From the NCBI GenBank assembly GCA_964016885.1, contig OZ024743.1, forward strand, positions 257,052,001-257,116,000: DNA of 64,000 nt, written 5' to 3'. Source of the DNA: Eledone cirrhosa. Taxonomy: Eukaryota. A model generated the notes under the pieces. It saw only the letters and a program-made list of their open reading frames with translations. It was not told the DNA's origin and ran no database searches. The first letter of the stretch is position 1, and the number at the start of each line of letters is the position of its first letter. The translations under genes were made by a program, and so were the position numbers. Below, piece by piece: positions 42,501-56,444 of the stretch.

Positions 42501-45500
42501 AATATAATAATACACGGATCAGGTGAGCACTCGATGTTTAGGTTCACGTCAGTATCAAGGTGTAGAGCCAGACAGAGTGTAATATAATAATACAAGTATC
42601 AGGTGAGCACTCGATGTTTAGGTTCACGTCAGTATCAAGCTGTAGAGCCAGAGAGAGTGTAATACAAGGATCAGGTGAGCACTCGATGTTTAGGTTCACG
42701 TCAGTATCAAGGAGTAGAGCCAGACAGAGTGTAATACAAGGATCAGGTGAGCACTCGATGTTTAGGTTCACGTCAGTATCAAGGTGTAGAGCCAGACAGA
42801 GTGTAATATAATAATTCAAGGATCAGGTGAGCACTCGATGTTTAGGTTCACGTCAGTATCAAGGTGTAGAGCCAGACAGAGTGTAATATAATAATTCAAG
42901 GATCAGGTGAGCACTCGATGTTTAGGTTCACGTCAGTATCAAGGTGTAGAGCCAGACAGAGTGTAATATAATAATTCAAGGATCAGGTGAGCACTCGATG
43001 TTTAGGTTCACGTCAGTATCAAGGTGTAGAGCCAGACAGAGTGTAATATAATAATACAAGGATCAGGTGAGCACTCGATGTTTAGGTTCACGTCAGTATC
43101 AAGGTGTAGAGCCAGACAGAGTGTAATATAATAATACAAGAATCAGGTGAGCACTCGATGTTTAGGTTCACGTCAGTTTCAAGGTGTAGAGCAAGACAGA
43201 GTGTAATATAATAATACAAGGATCAGGTGAGCACTCGATGTTTAGGTTCACGTCAGTATCGAGGTGTAGAGCCAGACAGAGTGTAATATAATAATTCAAG
43301 GATCAGGTGAGCACACGATGTTTAGGTTCACGTCAGTATCAAGGTGTAGAGCCAGACAGAGTGTAATATAATAATACAAGGATCAGGTGAGCACTCGATG
43401 TTTAGGTTCACGTCAGTATCAAGCTGTAGAGCCAGACAGAGTGTAATATAATAATACAAGAATCAGGTGAGCACTCGATGTTTAGGTTCACGTCAGTATC
43501 AAGGTGTAGAGCCACACAGAGTGTAATATAATAATACAAGGATAAGGTGAGCACTCGATGTTTAGGTTCACGTCAGTATCAAGCTGTAGAGCCAGACAGA
43601 GTGTAATATAATAATAAAAGGATCAGCTGAGCACACGATGTTTAGGTTCACGTCAGTTTCAAGGTGTAGAGCCAGACATAGTGTAATATAGTAATACAAG
43701 GATCAGCTGAGCACTCGATGTTTAGGTTCACGTCAGTATCGAGGTGTAGAGCCAGACAGAGTGTAATATAGTAATACAAGGATCAGCTGAGCACTCGATG
43801 TTTAGGTTCACGTCAGTATCAAGCTGTAGAGCCAGACAGAGTGTAATATAATAATAAAAGGATCAGCTGAGCACACGATGTTTAGGTTCACGTCAGTTTC
43901 AAGGTGTAGAGCCAGACAGAGTGTAATATAATAATACAAGGATCAGGTGAGCACTCGATGTTTAGGTTCTCGTCAGTATCAAGGTGTAGAGCCAGACAGA
44001 GTGTAATATAATAATACAAGGATCAGGTGAGCACTCGATGTTTAGGTTCTCGTCAGTATCAAGGTGTAGAGCCAGACAGAGTGTAATATAGTAATACAAG
44101 GATCAGCTGAGCACTCGATGTTTAGGTTCACGTCAATATCAAGGTGTAGAGCCAGACAGAGTGTAATATAATAATACAAGGATCAGCTGAGAACTCGATG
44201 TTTAGGTACACGTTAGTATCGAGGTGTAGAGCCAGACAGAGTGTAATATAATAATACAAGGATCAGGTGAGCACTCGATGTTTAGGTTCACGTCAGTATC
44301 AAGGTGTAGAGCCAGACAGAGTGTAATATAATAATACAAGGATCAGGTGAGCACTCGATGTTTAGGTTCACGTCAGTATCAAGCTGTAGAGCCAGAGAGA
44401 GTTTAATACAAGGATCAGGTGAGCACTCGATGTTTAGGTTCACGTCAGTATCAAGGAGTAGAGCCAGACAGAGTGTAATACAAGGATCAGGTGAGCACTC
44501 GATGTTTAGGTTCACGTCAGTATCAAGGTGTAGAGCCAGACAGAGTGTAATATAATAATTCAAGGATCAGGTGAGCACTCGATGTTTAGGTTCACGTCAG
44601 TATCAAGGTGTAGAGCCAGACAGAGTGTAATATAATAATTCAAGGATCAGGTGAGCACTCGATGTTTAGGTTCACGTCAGTATCAAGGTGTAGAGCCAGA
44701 CAGAGTGTAATATAATAATTCAAGGATCAGGTGAGCACTCGATGTTTAGGTTCACGTCAGTATCAAGGTGTAGAGCCAGACAGAGTGTAATATAATAATA
44801 CAAGGATCAGGTGAGCACTCGATGTTTAGGTTCACGTCAGTATCAAGGTGTAGAGCCAGACAGAGTGTAATATAATAATACAAGAATCAGGTGGGCACTC
44901 GATGTTTAGGTTCACGTCAGTTTCAAGGTGTAGAGCAAGACAGAGTGTAATATAATAATACAAGGATCAGGTGAGCACTCGATGTTTAGGTTCACGTCAG
45001 TATCAAGGTGTAGAGCCAGACAGAGTGTAATATAATAATTCAAGGATCAGGTGAGCACACGATGTTTAGGTTCACGTCAGTATCAAGGTGTAGAGCCAGA
45101 CAGAGTGTAATATAATAATACAAGGATCAGGTGAGCACTCGATGTTTAGGTTCACGTCAGTATCAAGCTGTAGAGCCAGACAGAGTGTAATATAATAATA
45201 CAAGAATCAGGTGAGCACTCGATGTTTAGGTTCACGTCAGTATCAAGGTGTAGAGCCACACAGAGTGTAATATAATAATACAAGGATAAGGTGAGCACTC
45301 GATGTTTAGGTTCACGTCAGTATCAAGCTGTAGAGCCAGACAGAGTGTAATATAATAATAAAAGTATCAGCTGAGCACACGATGTTTAGGTTCACGTCAG
45401 TTTCAAGGTGTAGAGCCAGACATAGTGTAATATAGTAATACAAGGATCAGCTGAGCACTCGATGTTTAGGTTCACGTCAGTATCGAGGTGTAGAGCCAGA

Positions 45501-48500
45501 CAGAGTGTAATATAGTAATACAAGGATCAGCTGAGCACTCGATGTTTAGGTTCACGTCAGTATCAAGCTGTAGAGCCAGACAGAGTGTAATATAATAATA
45601 AAAGGATCAGCTGAGCACACGATGTTTAGGTTCACGTCAGTTTCAAGGTGTAGAGCCAGACAGAGTGTAATATAATAATACAAGGATCAGGTGAGCACTC
45701 GATGTTTAGGTTCTCGTCAGTATCAAGGTGTAGAGCCAGACAGAGTGTAATATAATAATACAAGGATCAGGTGAGCACTCGATGTTTAGGTTCTCGTCAG
45801 TATCAAGGTGTAGAGCCAGACAGAGTGTAATATAGTAATACAAGGATCAGCTGAGCACTCGATGTTTAGGTTCACGTCAATATCAAGGTGTAGAGCCAGA
45901 CAGAGTGTAATATAATAATACAAGGATCAGCTGAGAACTCGATGTTTAGGTACACGTTAGTATCGAGGTGTAGAGCCAGACAGAGTGTAATATAATAATA
46001 CAAGGATCAGGTGAGCACTCGATGTTTAGGTTCACGTCAGTATCAAGGTGTAGAGCCAGACAGAGTGTAATATAATAATAAAAGGATCAGCTGAGCACAC
46101 GATGTTTAGGTTCACGTCAGTTTCAAGGTGTAGAGCCAGACAGAGTGTAATATAATAATACAAGGATCAGGTCAGCACTCGATGTTTAGATTCTCGTCAG
46201 TATCAAGGTGTAGAGCCAGACAGAGTGTAATATAATAATAAAAGGATCAGCTGAGCACTCGATGTTTAGGTTCACGGCAGTATCAAGCTGTAGAGCCAGA
46301 CAGAGTGTAATATAATAATACAAGGATCAGGTGAGCACTCGATGTTTAGGTTCACGTCAGTATCAAGGTGTAGAGCCAGACAGAGTGTAATATAATAATA
46401 CAAGGATCAGGTGAGCACTCGATGTTTAGGTTCACGTCAGTATCGAGGTGTAGAGCCAGACAGAGTGTAATATAATAATACAAGGATCAGGTGAGCACTC
46501 GATGTTTAGGTTCACGTCAGTATCAAGGTGTAGAGCAAGACAGAGTGTAATATAATAATAAAAGGATCAGCTGAGCACACGATGTTTAGGTTCACGTCAG
46601 TATCAAGGTGTAGAGCCAGACAGAGTGTAATATAATAATACAATGATCAGGTGAGCACTCGATGTTTAGGTTCTCGTCAGTATCAAGGTGTAGAGCCAGA
46701 CAGAGTGTAATATAATAATACAAGGATCAGGTGAGCACTCGATGTTTAGGTTCACGTCAGTATCAAGGTGTAGAGCCAGACAGAGTGTAATATAATAAGA
46801 CAAGGATCAGCTGAGCACTCGATGTTTAGGTTCACGTCAGTATCGAGGTGTAGAGCCAGACAGAGTGTAATATAATAATACAAGGATCAGGTGAGCACTC
46901 GATGTTTAGGTTCACGTCAGTATCAAGGTGTAGAGCCAGACAGAGTGTAATATAATAATACAAGGATCAGCTGAGCACTCGATGTTTAGGTTCACGTCAG
47001 TATCAAGGTGTAGAGCCAGACAGAGTGTAATATAATAATACAAGGATCAGCTGAGCACTCGATGTTTAGGTTCACGTCAGTATCAAGGTGTAGAGCCAGA
47101 CAGAGTGTGATATAATAATTCAAGGATCAGGTGAGCACTCGATGTTTAGGTTCACGTCAGTATCAAGGTGTAGAGCCAGACAGAGTGTAATATAATAATA
47201 CAAGGATCAGGTGAGCAGTCGATGTTTAGGTTCACGTCAGTATCAAGGTGTAGAGCAACACAGAGTGTAATATAATAATACAAGGATCAGCTGAGCACAC
47301 GATGTTTAGGTTCACGTCAGTATCAAGGTGTAGAGCCAGACAGAGTGTAATAAAATAATACAAGGATCAGGTGAGCACTCGATGTTTAGGTTCACGTCAG
47401 TATCGAGGTGTAGAGCCAGACAGAGTGTAATATAATAATACAAGGATCAGGTGAGCAGTCGATGTTTAGGTTCACGTCAGTATCAAGGTGTAGAGCCAGA
47501 CAGAGTGTAATATAACAATACAAGGATCAGGTGAGCACACGATGTTTAGGTTCACGTCAGTATCGAGGTGTAGAGCCAGACAGAGTGTAATATAATAATA
47601 CAAGGATCAGGTGAGCACTCGATGTTTAGGTTCTCGTCAGTATCAAGGTGTAGAGCCAGACAGAGTGTAATATAGTAATACAAGGATCAGCTGAGCACTC
47701 GATGTTTAGGTTCACGTCAGTATCAAGGTATAGAGCCAGACAGAGTGTAATATAATAATACAAGGATCAGGTGAGCAATCGATGTTTAGGTACACGTTAG
47801 TATCGAGGTGTAGAGCCAGACAGAGTGTAATATAATAATAAAACGATCAGCTGAGCACTCGATGTTTAGGTTCACGTCAGTATCAAGGTGTAGAGCCAGA
47901 CAGAGTGTAATATAATAATACAAGGATCAGGTGAGCACTCGATGTTTAGGTTCACGTCAGTATCAAGGTGTAGAGCCAGACAGAGTGTAATATAATAATA
48001 CAAGGATCAGGTGAGCACTCGATGTTTAGGTTCACGTCAGTATCGAGGTGTAGAGCCAGAAAGAGTGTAATATAATAATACAAGGATCAGGTGAGCACTC
48101 GATGTTTAGGTTCACGTCAGTATCAAGGTGTAGAGCAAGACAGAGTGTAATATAATAATAAAAGGATCAGCTGAGCACTCGATGTTTAGGTTCACGTCAG
48201 TATCGAGGTGTAGAGCCAGACAGAGTGTAATATAATAATACAAGGATCAGGTGAGCACTCGATGTTTAGGTTCTCGTCAGTATCAAGGTGTAGAGCCAGA
48301 CAGAGTGTAATATAATAATACAAGGATCAGGTGAGCACTCGATGTTTAGGTTCTCGTCAGTATCAAGGTGTAGAGCCAGACAGAGTGTAATATAATAATA
48401 CAAGGATCAGCTGAGTACTCGATGTTTAGGTTCACGTCAGTATCAAGGTGTAGAGCCAGACAGAGTGTAATATAATAATACGAGGATCAGGTGAGCACTC

Positions 48501-51500
48501 GATGTTTAGGTTCTCGTCAGTATCAAGGTGTAGAGCCAGACAGAGTGTAATATAATAATACAAGGATCAGGTGAGCACTCGATGTTTAGGTTCTCGTCAG
48601 TATCAAGGTGTAGAGCCAGACAGAGTGTAATATAATAATACAAGGATCAGCTGAGCACTCGATGTTTAGGTTCACGTCAGTATCGAGGTGTAGAGCCAGA
48701 CAGAGTGTAATATAATAATACAAGGATCAGGTGAGCACTCGATGTTTAGGTTCACGTCAGTATCGAGGTGTAGAGCCAGACAGAGTGTAATATAATAATA
48801 CAAGAATCAGCTGAGCACTCGATGTTTAGGTTCACGTCAGTATCAAGGTGTAGAGCCAGACAGAGTGTAATATAATAATACAAGGATCAGCTGAGCACTC
48901 GATGTTTAGGTTCACGTCAGTATCGAGGTGTAGAGCCAGACAGAGTGTAATATAATAATACAAGGATCAGCTGAGCACTCGATGTTTAGGTTCACGTCAG
49001 TATCGTGGTGTAGAGCCAGAGAGAGTGTAATACAAGGATCAGGTGAGCACTCGATGTTTAGGTTCACGTCAGTATCAAGGAGTAGAGCCAGACAGAGTGT
49101 AATACAAGGATCAGGTGAGCACTCGATGTTTAGGTTCACGTCAGTATCGAGGTGTAGAGCCAGACAGAGTGTAATATAATAATACAAGGATCAGCTGAGC
49201 ACTCGATGTTTAGGTTCACGTCAGTATCGTGGTGTAGAGCCAGAGAGAGTGTAATACAAGGATCAGGTGAGCACTCGATGTTTAGGTTCACGTCAGTATC
49301 AAGGAGTAGAGCCAGACAGAGTGTAATACAAGGATCAGGTGAGCACTCGATGTTTAGGTTCACGTCAGTATCGAGGTGTAGAGCCAGACAGAGTGTAATA
49401 TAATAATACACGGATCAGGTGAGCACTCGATGTTTAGGTTCACGTCAGTATCAAGGTGTAGAGCCAGACAGAGTGTAATATAATAATACAAGGATCAGGT
49501 GAGCACTCGATGTTTAGGTTCACGTCAGTATCAAGCTGTAGAGCCAGAGAGAGTGTAATACAAGGATCAGGTGAGCACTCGATGTTTAGGTTCACGTCAG
49601 TATCAAGGAGTAGAGCCAGACAGAGTGTAATACAAGGATCAGGTGAGCACTCGATGTTTAGGTTCACGTCAGTATCAAGGTGTAGAGCCAGACAGAGTGT
49701 AATATAATAATTCAAGGATCAGGTGAGCACTCGATGTTTAGGTTCACGTCAGTATCAAGGTGTAGAGCCAGACAGAGTGTAATATAATAATTCAAGGATC
49801 AGGTGAGCACTCGATGTTTAGGTTCACGTCAGTATCAAGGTGTAGAGCCAGACAGAGTGTAATATAATAATTCAAGGATCAGGTGAGCACTCGATGTTTA
49901 GGTTCACGTCAGTATCAAGGTGTAGAGCCAGACAGAGTGTAATATAATAATACAAGGATCAGGTGAGCACTCGATGTTTAGGTTCACGTCAGTATCAAGG
50001 TGTAGAGCCAGACAGAGTGTAATATAATAATACAAGAATCAGGTGAGCACTCGATGTTTAGGTTCACGTCAGTTTCAAGGTGTAGAGCAAGACATAGTGT
50101 AATATAATAATACAAGGATCAGGTGAGCACTCGATGTTTAGGTTCACGTCAGTATCGAGGTGTAGAGCCAGACAGAGTGTAATATAATAATACAAGGATC
50201 AGGTGAGCACTCGATGTTTAGGTTCACGTCAGTATCGAGGTGTAGAGCCAGACAGAGTGTAATATAATAATACAAGAATCAGGTGAGCACTCGATGTTTA
50301 GGTTCACGTCAGTTTCAAGGTGTAGAGCAAGACAGAGTGTAATATAATAATACAAGGATCAGGTGAGCACTCGATGTTTAGGTTCACGTCAGTATCGAGG
50401 TGTAGAGCCAGACAGAGTGTAATATAATAATACAAGGATCAGGTGAGCACTCGATGTTTAGGTTCACGTCAGTTTCAAGGTGTAGAGCAAGACAGAGTGT
50501 AATATAATAATACAAGAATCAGGTGAGCACTCGATGTTTAGGTTCACGTCAGTATCAAGGTGTAGAGCCACACAGAGTGTAATATAATAATACAAGGATC
50601 AGCTAATCACACGATGTTTAGGTTCACGTCAGTTTCAAGGTGTAGAGCCAGACAGAGTGTAATATAATAATACAAGGATCAGGTGAGCACTCGATGTTTA
50701 GGTTCTCGTCAGTATCAAGGTGTAGAGCCAGACAGAGTGTAATATACTAATACAAGGATCAGCTAAGCACACGATGTTTAGGTTCACGTCAGTTTCAAGG
50801 TGTAGAGCCAGACAGAGTGTAATATAATAATACAAGGATCAGGTGAGCACTCGATGTTTAGGTTCACGTCAGTATCGTGGTGTAGAGCCAGAGAGAGTGT
50901 AATACAAGGATCAGGTGAGCACTCGATGTTTAGGTTCACGTCAGTATCAAGGAGTAGAGCCAGACAGAGTGTAATACAAGGATCAGGTGAGCACTCGATG
51001 TTTAGGTTCACGTCAGTATCGAGGTGTAGAGCCAGACAGAGTGTAATATAATAATACACGGATCAGGTGAGCACTCGATGTTTAGGTTCACGTCAGTATC
51101 AAGGTGTAGAGCCAGACAGAGTGTAATATAATAATACAAGGATCAGGTGAGCACTCGATGTTTAGGTTCACGTCAGTATCAAGCTGTAGAGCCAGAGAGA
51201 GTGTAATACAAGGATCAGGTGAGCACTCGATGTTTAGGTTCACGTCAGTATCGAGGTGTAGAGCCAGACAGAGTGTAATATAATAATACGAGGATCAGGT
51301 GAGCACTCGATGTTTAGGTTCACGTCAGTATCAAGGTGTAGAGCCAGACAGAGTGTAATATAATAATTCAAGGATCAGGTGAGCACTCGATGTTTAGGTT
51401 CACGTCAGTATCAAGGTGTAGAGCCAGACAGAGTGTAATATAATAATACAAGGATCAGGTGAGCACTCGATGTTTAGGTTCACGTCAGTATCAAGGTGTA

Positions 51501-54500
51501 GAGCCAGACAGAGTGTAATATAATAATACAAGGATCAGCTAAGCACACGATGTTTAGGTTCACGTCAGTATCAAGGTGTAGAGCCAGACAGAGTGTAATA
51601 TAATAATACAAGGATCAGCTGAGCACTCGATGTTTAGGTTCACGTCAGTATCAAGGTGTAGAGCCAGACAGAGTGTAATATAATAATACAAGGATCTGGT
51701 GAGCACTCGATGTTTAGGTTCACGTCAGTATCAAGGTGTAGAGCCAGACAGAGTGTAATATAATAATACAAGGATCAGCTAAGCACACGATGTTTAGGTT
51801 CACGTCAGTATCAAGGTGTAGAGCCAGACAGAGTGTAATATAATAATACAAGGATCAGCTGAGCACTCGATGTTTAGGTTCACGTCAGTATCGAGGTGTA
51901 GAGCCAGACAGAGTGTAATATAATAATACAAGGATCAGGTGAGCACTCGATGTTTAGGTTCTCGTCAGTATCAAGGTGTAGAGCCAGACAGAGTGTAATA
52001 TAATAATACAAGGATCAGGTGAGCACTCGATGTTTAGGTTCTCGTCAGTATCAAGGTGTAGAGCCAGACAGAGTGTAATATAATAATACAAGGATCAGCT
52101 GAGCACTCGATGTTTAGGTTCACGTCAGTATCGAGGTGTAGAGCCAGACAGAGTGTAATATAATAATACAAGGATCAGGTGAGCACTCGATGTTTATGTT
52201 CACGTCAGTATCGAGGTGTAGAGCCAGACAGAGTGTAATATAATAATACAAGGATCAGCTGAGCACTCGATGTTTAGGTTCACGTCAGTATCGTGGTGTA
52301 GAGCCAGAGAGAGTGTAATACAAGGATCAGGTGAGCACTCGATGTTTAGGTTCACGTCAGTATCGAGGTGTAGAGCCAGACAGAGTGTAATATAATAATA
52401 CACGGATCAGGTGAGCACTCGATGTTTAGGTTCACGTCAGTATCAAGGTGTAGAGCCAGACAGAGTGTAATATAATAATACAAGGATCAGGTGAGCACTC
52501 GATGTTTAGGTTCACGTCAGTATCAAGCTGTAGAGCCAGAGAGAGTGTAATACAAGGATCAGGTGAGCACTCGATGTTTAGGTTCACGTCAGTATCAAGG
52601 TGTAGAGCCAGACAGAGTGTAATATAATAATTCAAGGATCAGGTGAGCACTCGATGTTTAGGTTCACGTCAGTATCAAGGTGTAGAGCCAGACAGAGTGT
52701 AATATAATAATACAAGGATCAGGTGATCACTCGATGTTTAGGTTCACGTCAGTATCAAGGTGTAGAGCCAGACAGAGTGTAATATAATAATACAAGAATC
52801 AGGTGAGCACTCGATGTTTAGGTTCACGTCAGTTTCAAGGTGTAGAGCAAGACATAGTGTAATATAATAATACAAGGATCAGGTGAGCACTCGATGTTTA
52901 GGTTCACGTCAGTATCGAGGTGTAGAGCCAGACAGAGTGTAATATAATAATACAAGGATCAGGTGAGCACTCGATGTTTAGGTTCACGTCAGTATCGAGG
53001 TGTAGAGCCAGACAGAGTGTAATATAATAATACAAGAATCAGGTGAGCACTCGATGTTTAGGTTCACGTCAGTTTCAAGGTGTAGAGCAAGACAGAGTGT
53101 AATATAATAATACAAGGATCAGGTGAGCACTCGATGTTTAGGTTCACGTCAGTATCGAGGTGTAGAGACAGACAGAGTGTAATATAATAATACAAGGATC
53201 AGGTGAGCACTCGATGTTTAGGTTCTCGTCAGTATCAAGGTGTAGAGCCAGACAGAGTGTAATATAATAATACAAGGATCAGCTGAGCACTCGATGTTTA
53301 GGTTCACGTCAGTATCGAGGTGTAGAGCCAGACAGAGTGTAATATAATAATACAAGGATCAGGTGAGCACTCGATGTTTATGTTCACGTCAGTATCGAGG
53401 TGTAGAGCCAGACAGAGTGTAATATAATAATACAAGGATCAGCTGAGCACTCGATGTTTAGGTTCACGTCAGTATCGTGGTGTAGAGCCAGAGAGAGTGT
53501 AATACAAGGATCAGGTGAGCACTCGATGTTTAGGTTCACGTCAGTATCGAGGTGTAGAGCCAGACAGAGTGTAATATAATAATACACGGATCAGGTGAGC
53601 ACTCGATGTTTAGGTTCACGTCAGTATCAAGGTGTAGAGCCAGACAGAGTGTAATATAATAATACAAGGATCAGGTGAGCACTCGATGTTTAGGTTCACG
53701 TCAGTATCAAGCTGTAGAGCCAGAGAGAGTGTAATACAAGGATCAGGTGAGCACTCGATGTTTAGGTTCACGTCAGTATCAAGGTGTAGAGCCAGACAGA
53801 GTGTAATATAATAATTCAAGGATCAGGTGAGCACTCGATGTTTAGGTTCACGTCAGTATCAAGGTGTAGAGCCAGACAGAGTGTAATATAATAATACAAG
53901 GATCAGGTGATCACTCGATGTTTAGGTTCACGTCAGTATCAAGGTGTAGAGCCAGACAGAGTGTAATATAATAATACAAGAATCAGGTGAGCACTCGATG
54001 TTTAGGTTCACGTCAGTTTCAAGGTGTAGAGCAAGACATAGTGTAATATAATAATACAAGGATCAGGTGAGCACTCGATGTTTAGGTTCACGTCAGTATC
54101 GAGGTGTAGAGCCAGACAGAGTGTAATATAATAATACAAGGATCAGGTGAGCACTCGATGTTTAGGTTCACGTCAGTATCGAGGTGTAGAGCCAGACAGA
54201 GTGTAATATAATAATACAAGAATCAGGTGAGCACTCGATGTTTAGGTTCACGTCAGTTTCAAGGTGTAGAGCAAGACAGAGTGTAATATAATAATACAAG
54301 GATCAGGTGAGCACTCGATGTTTAGGTTCACGTCAGTATCGAGGTGTAGAGACAGACAGAGTGTAATATAATAATACAAGGATCAGGTGAGCACTCGATG
54401 TTTAGGTTCACGTCAGTTTCAAGGTGTAGAGCAAGACAGAGTGTAATATAATAATACAAGAATCAGGTGAGCACTCGATGTTTAGGTTCACGTCAGTATC

Positions 54501-56444
54501 AAGGTGTAGAGCCACACAGAGTGTAATATAATAATACAAGGATCAGCTAATCACACGATGTTTAGGTTCACGTCAGTTTCAATGTGTAGAGCCAGACAGA
54601 GTGTAATATAATAATACAAGGATCAGGTGAGCACTCGATGTTTAGGTTCTCGTCAGTATCAAGGTGTAGAGCCAGACAGAGTGTAATATAGTAATACAAG
54701 GATCAGTTAAGCACACGATGTTTAGGTTCACGTCAGTTTCAAGGTGTAGAGCCAGACAGAGTGTAATATAATAATAGAAGGATCAGGTGAGCACTCGATG
54801 TTTAGGTTCACGTCAGTATCGTGGTGTAGAGCCAGAGAGAGTGTAATACAAGGATCAGGTGAGCACTCGATGTTTAGGTTCACGTCAGTATCAAGGAGTA
54901 GAGCCAGACAGAGTGTAATACAAGGATCAGGTGAGCACTCGATGTTTAGGTTCACGTCAGTATCGAGGTGTAGAGGGAGACAGAGTGTAATATAATAATA
55001 CACGGATCAGGTGAGCACTCGATGTTTAGGTTCACGTCAGTATCAAGGTGTAGAGCCAGACAGAGTGTAATATAATAATACAAGGATCAGGTGAGCACTC
55101 GATGTTTAGGTTCACGTCAGTATCAAGCTGTAGAGCCAGAGAGAGTGTAATACAAGGATCAGGTGAGCACTCGATGTTTAGGTTCACGTCAGTATCGAGG
55201 TGTAGAGCCAGACAAAGTGTAATATAATAATACGAGGATCAGGTGAGCACTCGATGTTTAGGTTCACGTCAGTATCAAGGTGTAGAGCCAGACAGAGTGT
55301 AATATAATAATACAAGGATCAGGTGAGCACTCGATGTTTAGGTTCACGTCAGTATCAAGGTGTAGAGCCAGACAGAGTGTAATATAATAATACAAGGATC
55401 AGGTGAGCACTCGATGTTTAGGTTCACGTCAGTATCAAGGTGTAGAGCCAGACAGAGTGTAATATAATAATACAAGGATCAGCTAAGCACACGATGTTTA
55501 GGTTCACGTCAGTATCAAGGTGTAGAGCCAGACAGAGTGTAATATAATAATACAAGGATCAGCTGAGCACTCGATGTTTAGGTTCACGTCAGTATCAAGG
55601 TGTAGAGCCAGACAGAGTGTAATATAATAATACAAGGATCAGGTGAGCACTCGATGTTTAGGTTCACGTCAGTATCAAGGTGTAGAGCCAGACAGAGTGT
55701 AATATAATAATACAAGGATCAGCTAAGCACACGATGTTTAGGTTCACGTCAGTATCAAGGTGTAGAGCCAGACAGAGTGTAATATAATAATACAAGGATC
55801 AGCTAAGCACACGATGTTTAGGTTCACGTCAGTATCAAGGTGTAGAGCCAGACAGAGTGTAATATAATAATACAAGGATCAGCTAAGCACACGATGTTTA
55901 GGTTCACGTCAGTATCAAGGTGTAGAGCCAGACAGAGTGTAATATAATAATACAAGGATCAGCTGAGCACTCGATGTTTAGGTTCACGTCAGTATCAAGG
56001 TGTAGAGCCAGACAGAGTGTAATATAATAATACAAGAATCAGGTGAGCACTCGATGTTTAGGTTCACGTCAGTATCAAGGTGTAGAGCCAGACAGAGTGT
56101 AATATAATAATTCAAGGATCAGGTGAGCACTCGATGTTTAGGTTCACGTCAGTATCAAGGTGTAGAGCCAGACAGAGTGTAATATAATAATTCAAGGATC
56201 AGGTGAGCACTCGATGTTTAGGTTCACGTCAGTATCAAGGTGTATAGCCAGACAGAGTGTAATATAATAATTCAAGGATCAGGTGAGCACTCGATGTTTA
56301 GGTTCACGTCAGTATCAAGGTGTAGAGCCAGACAGAGTGTAATATAATAATACAAGGTTCAGGTGAGCACTCGATGTTTAGGTTCACGTCAGTATCAAGG
56401 TGTAGAGCCAGACAGAGTGTAATATAATAATACAAGAATCAGGC

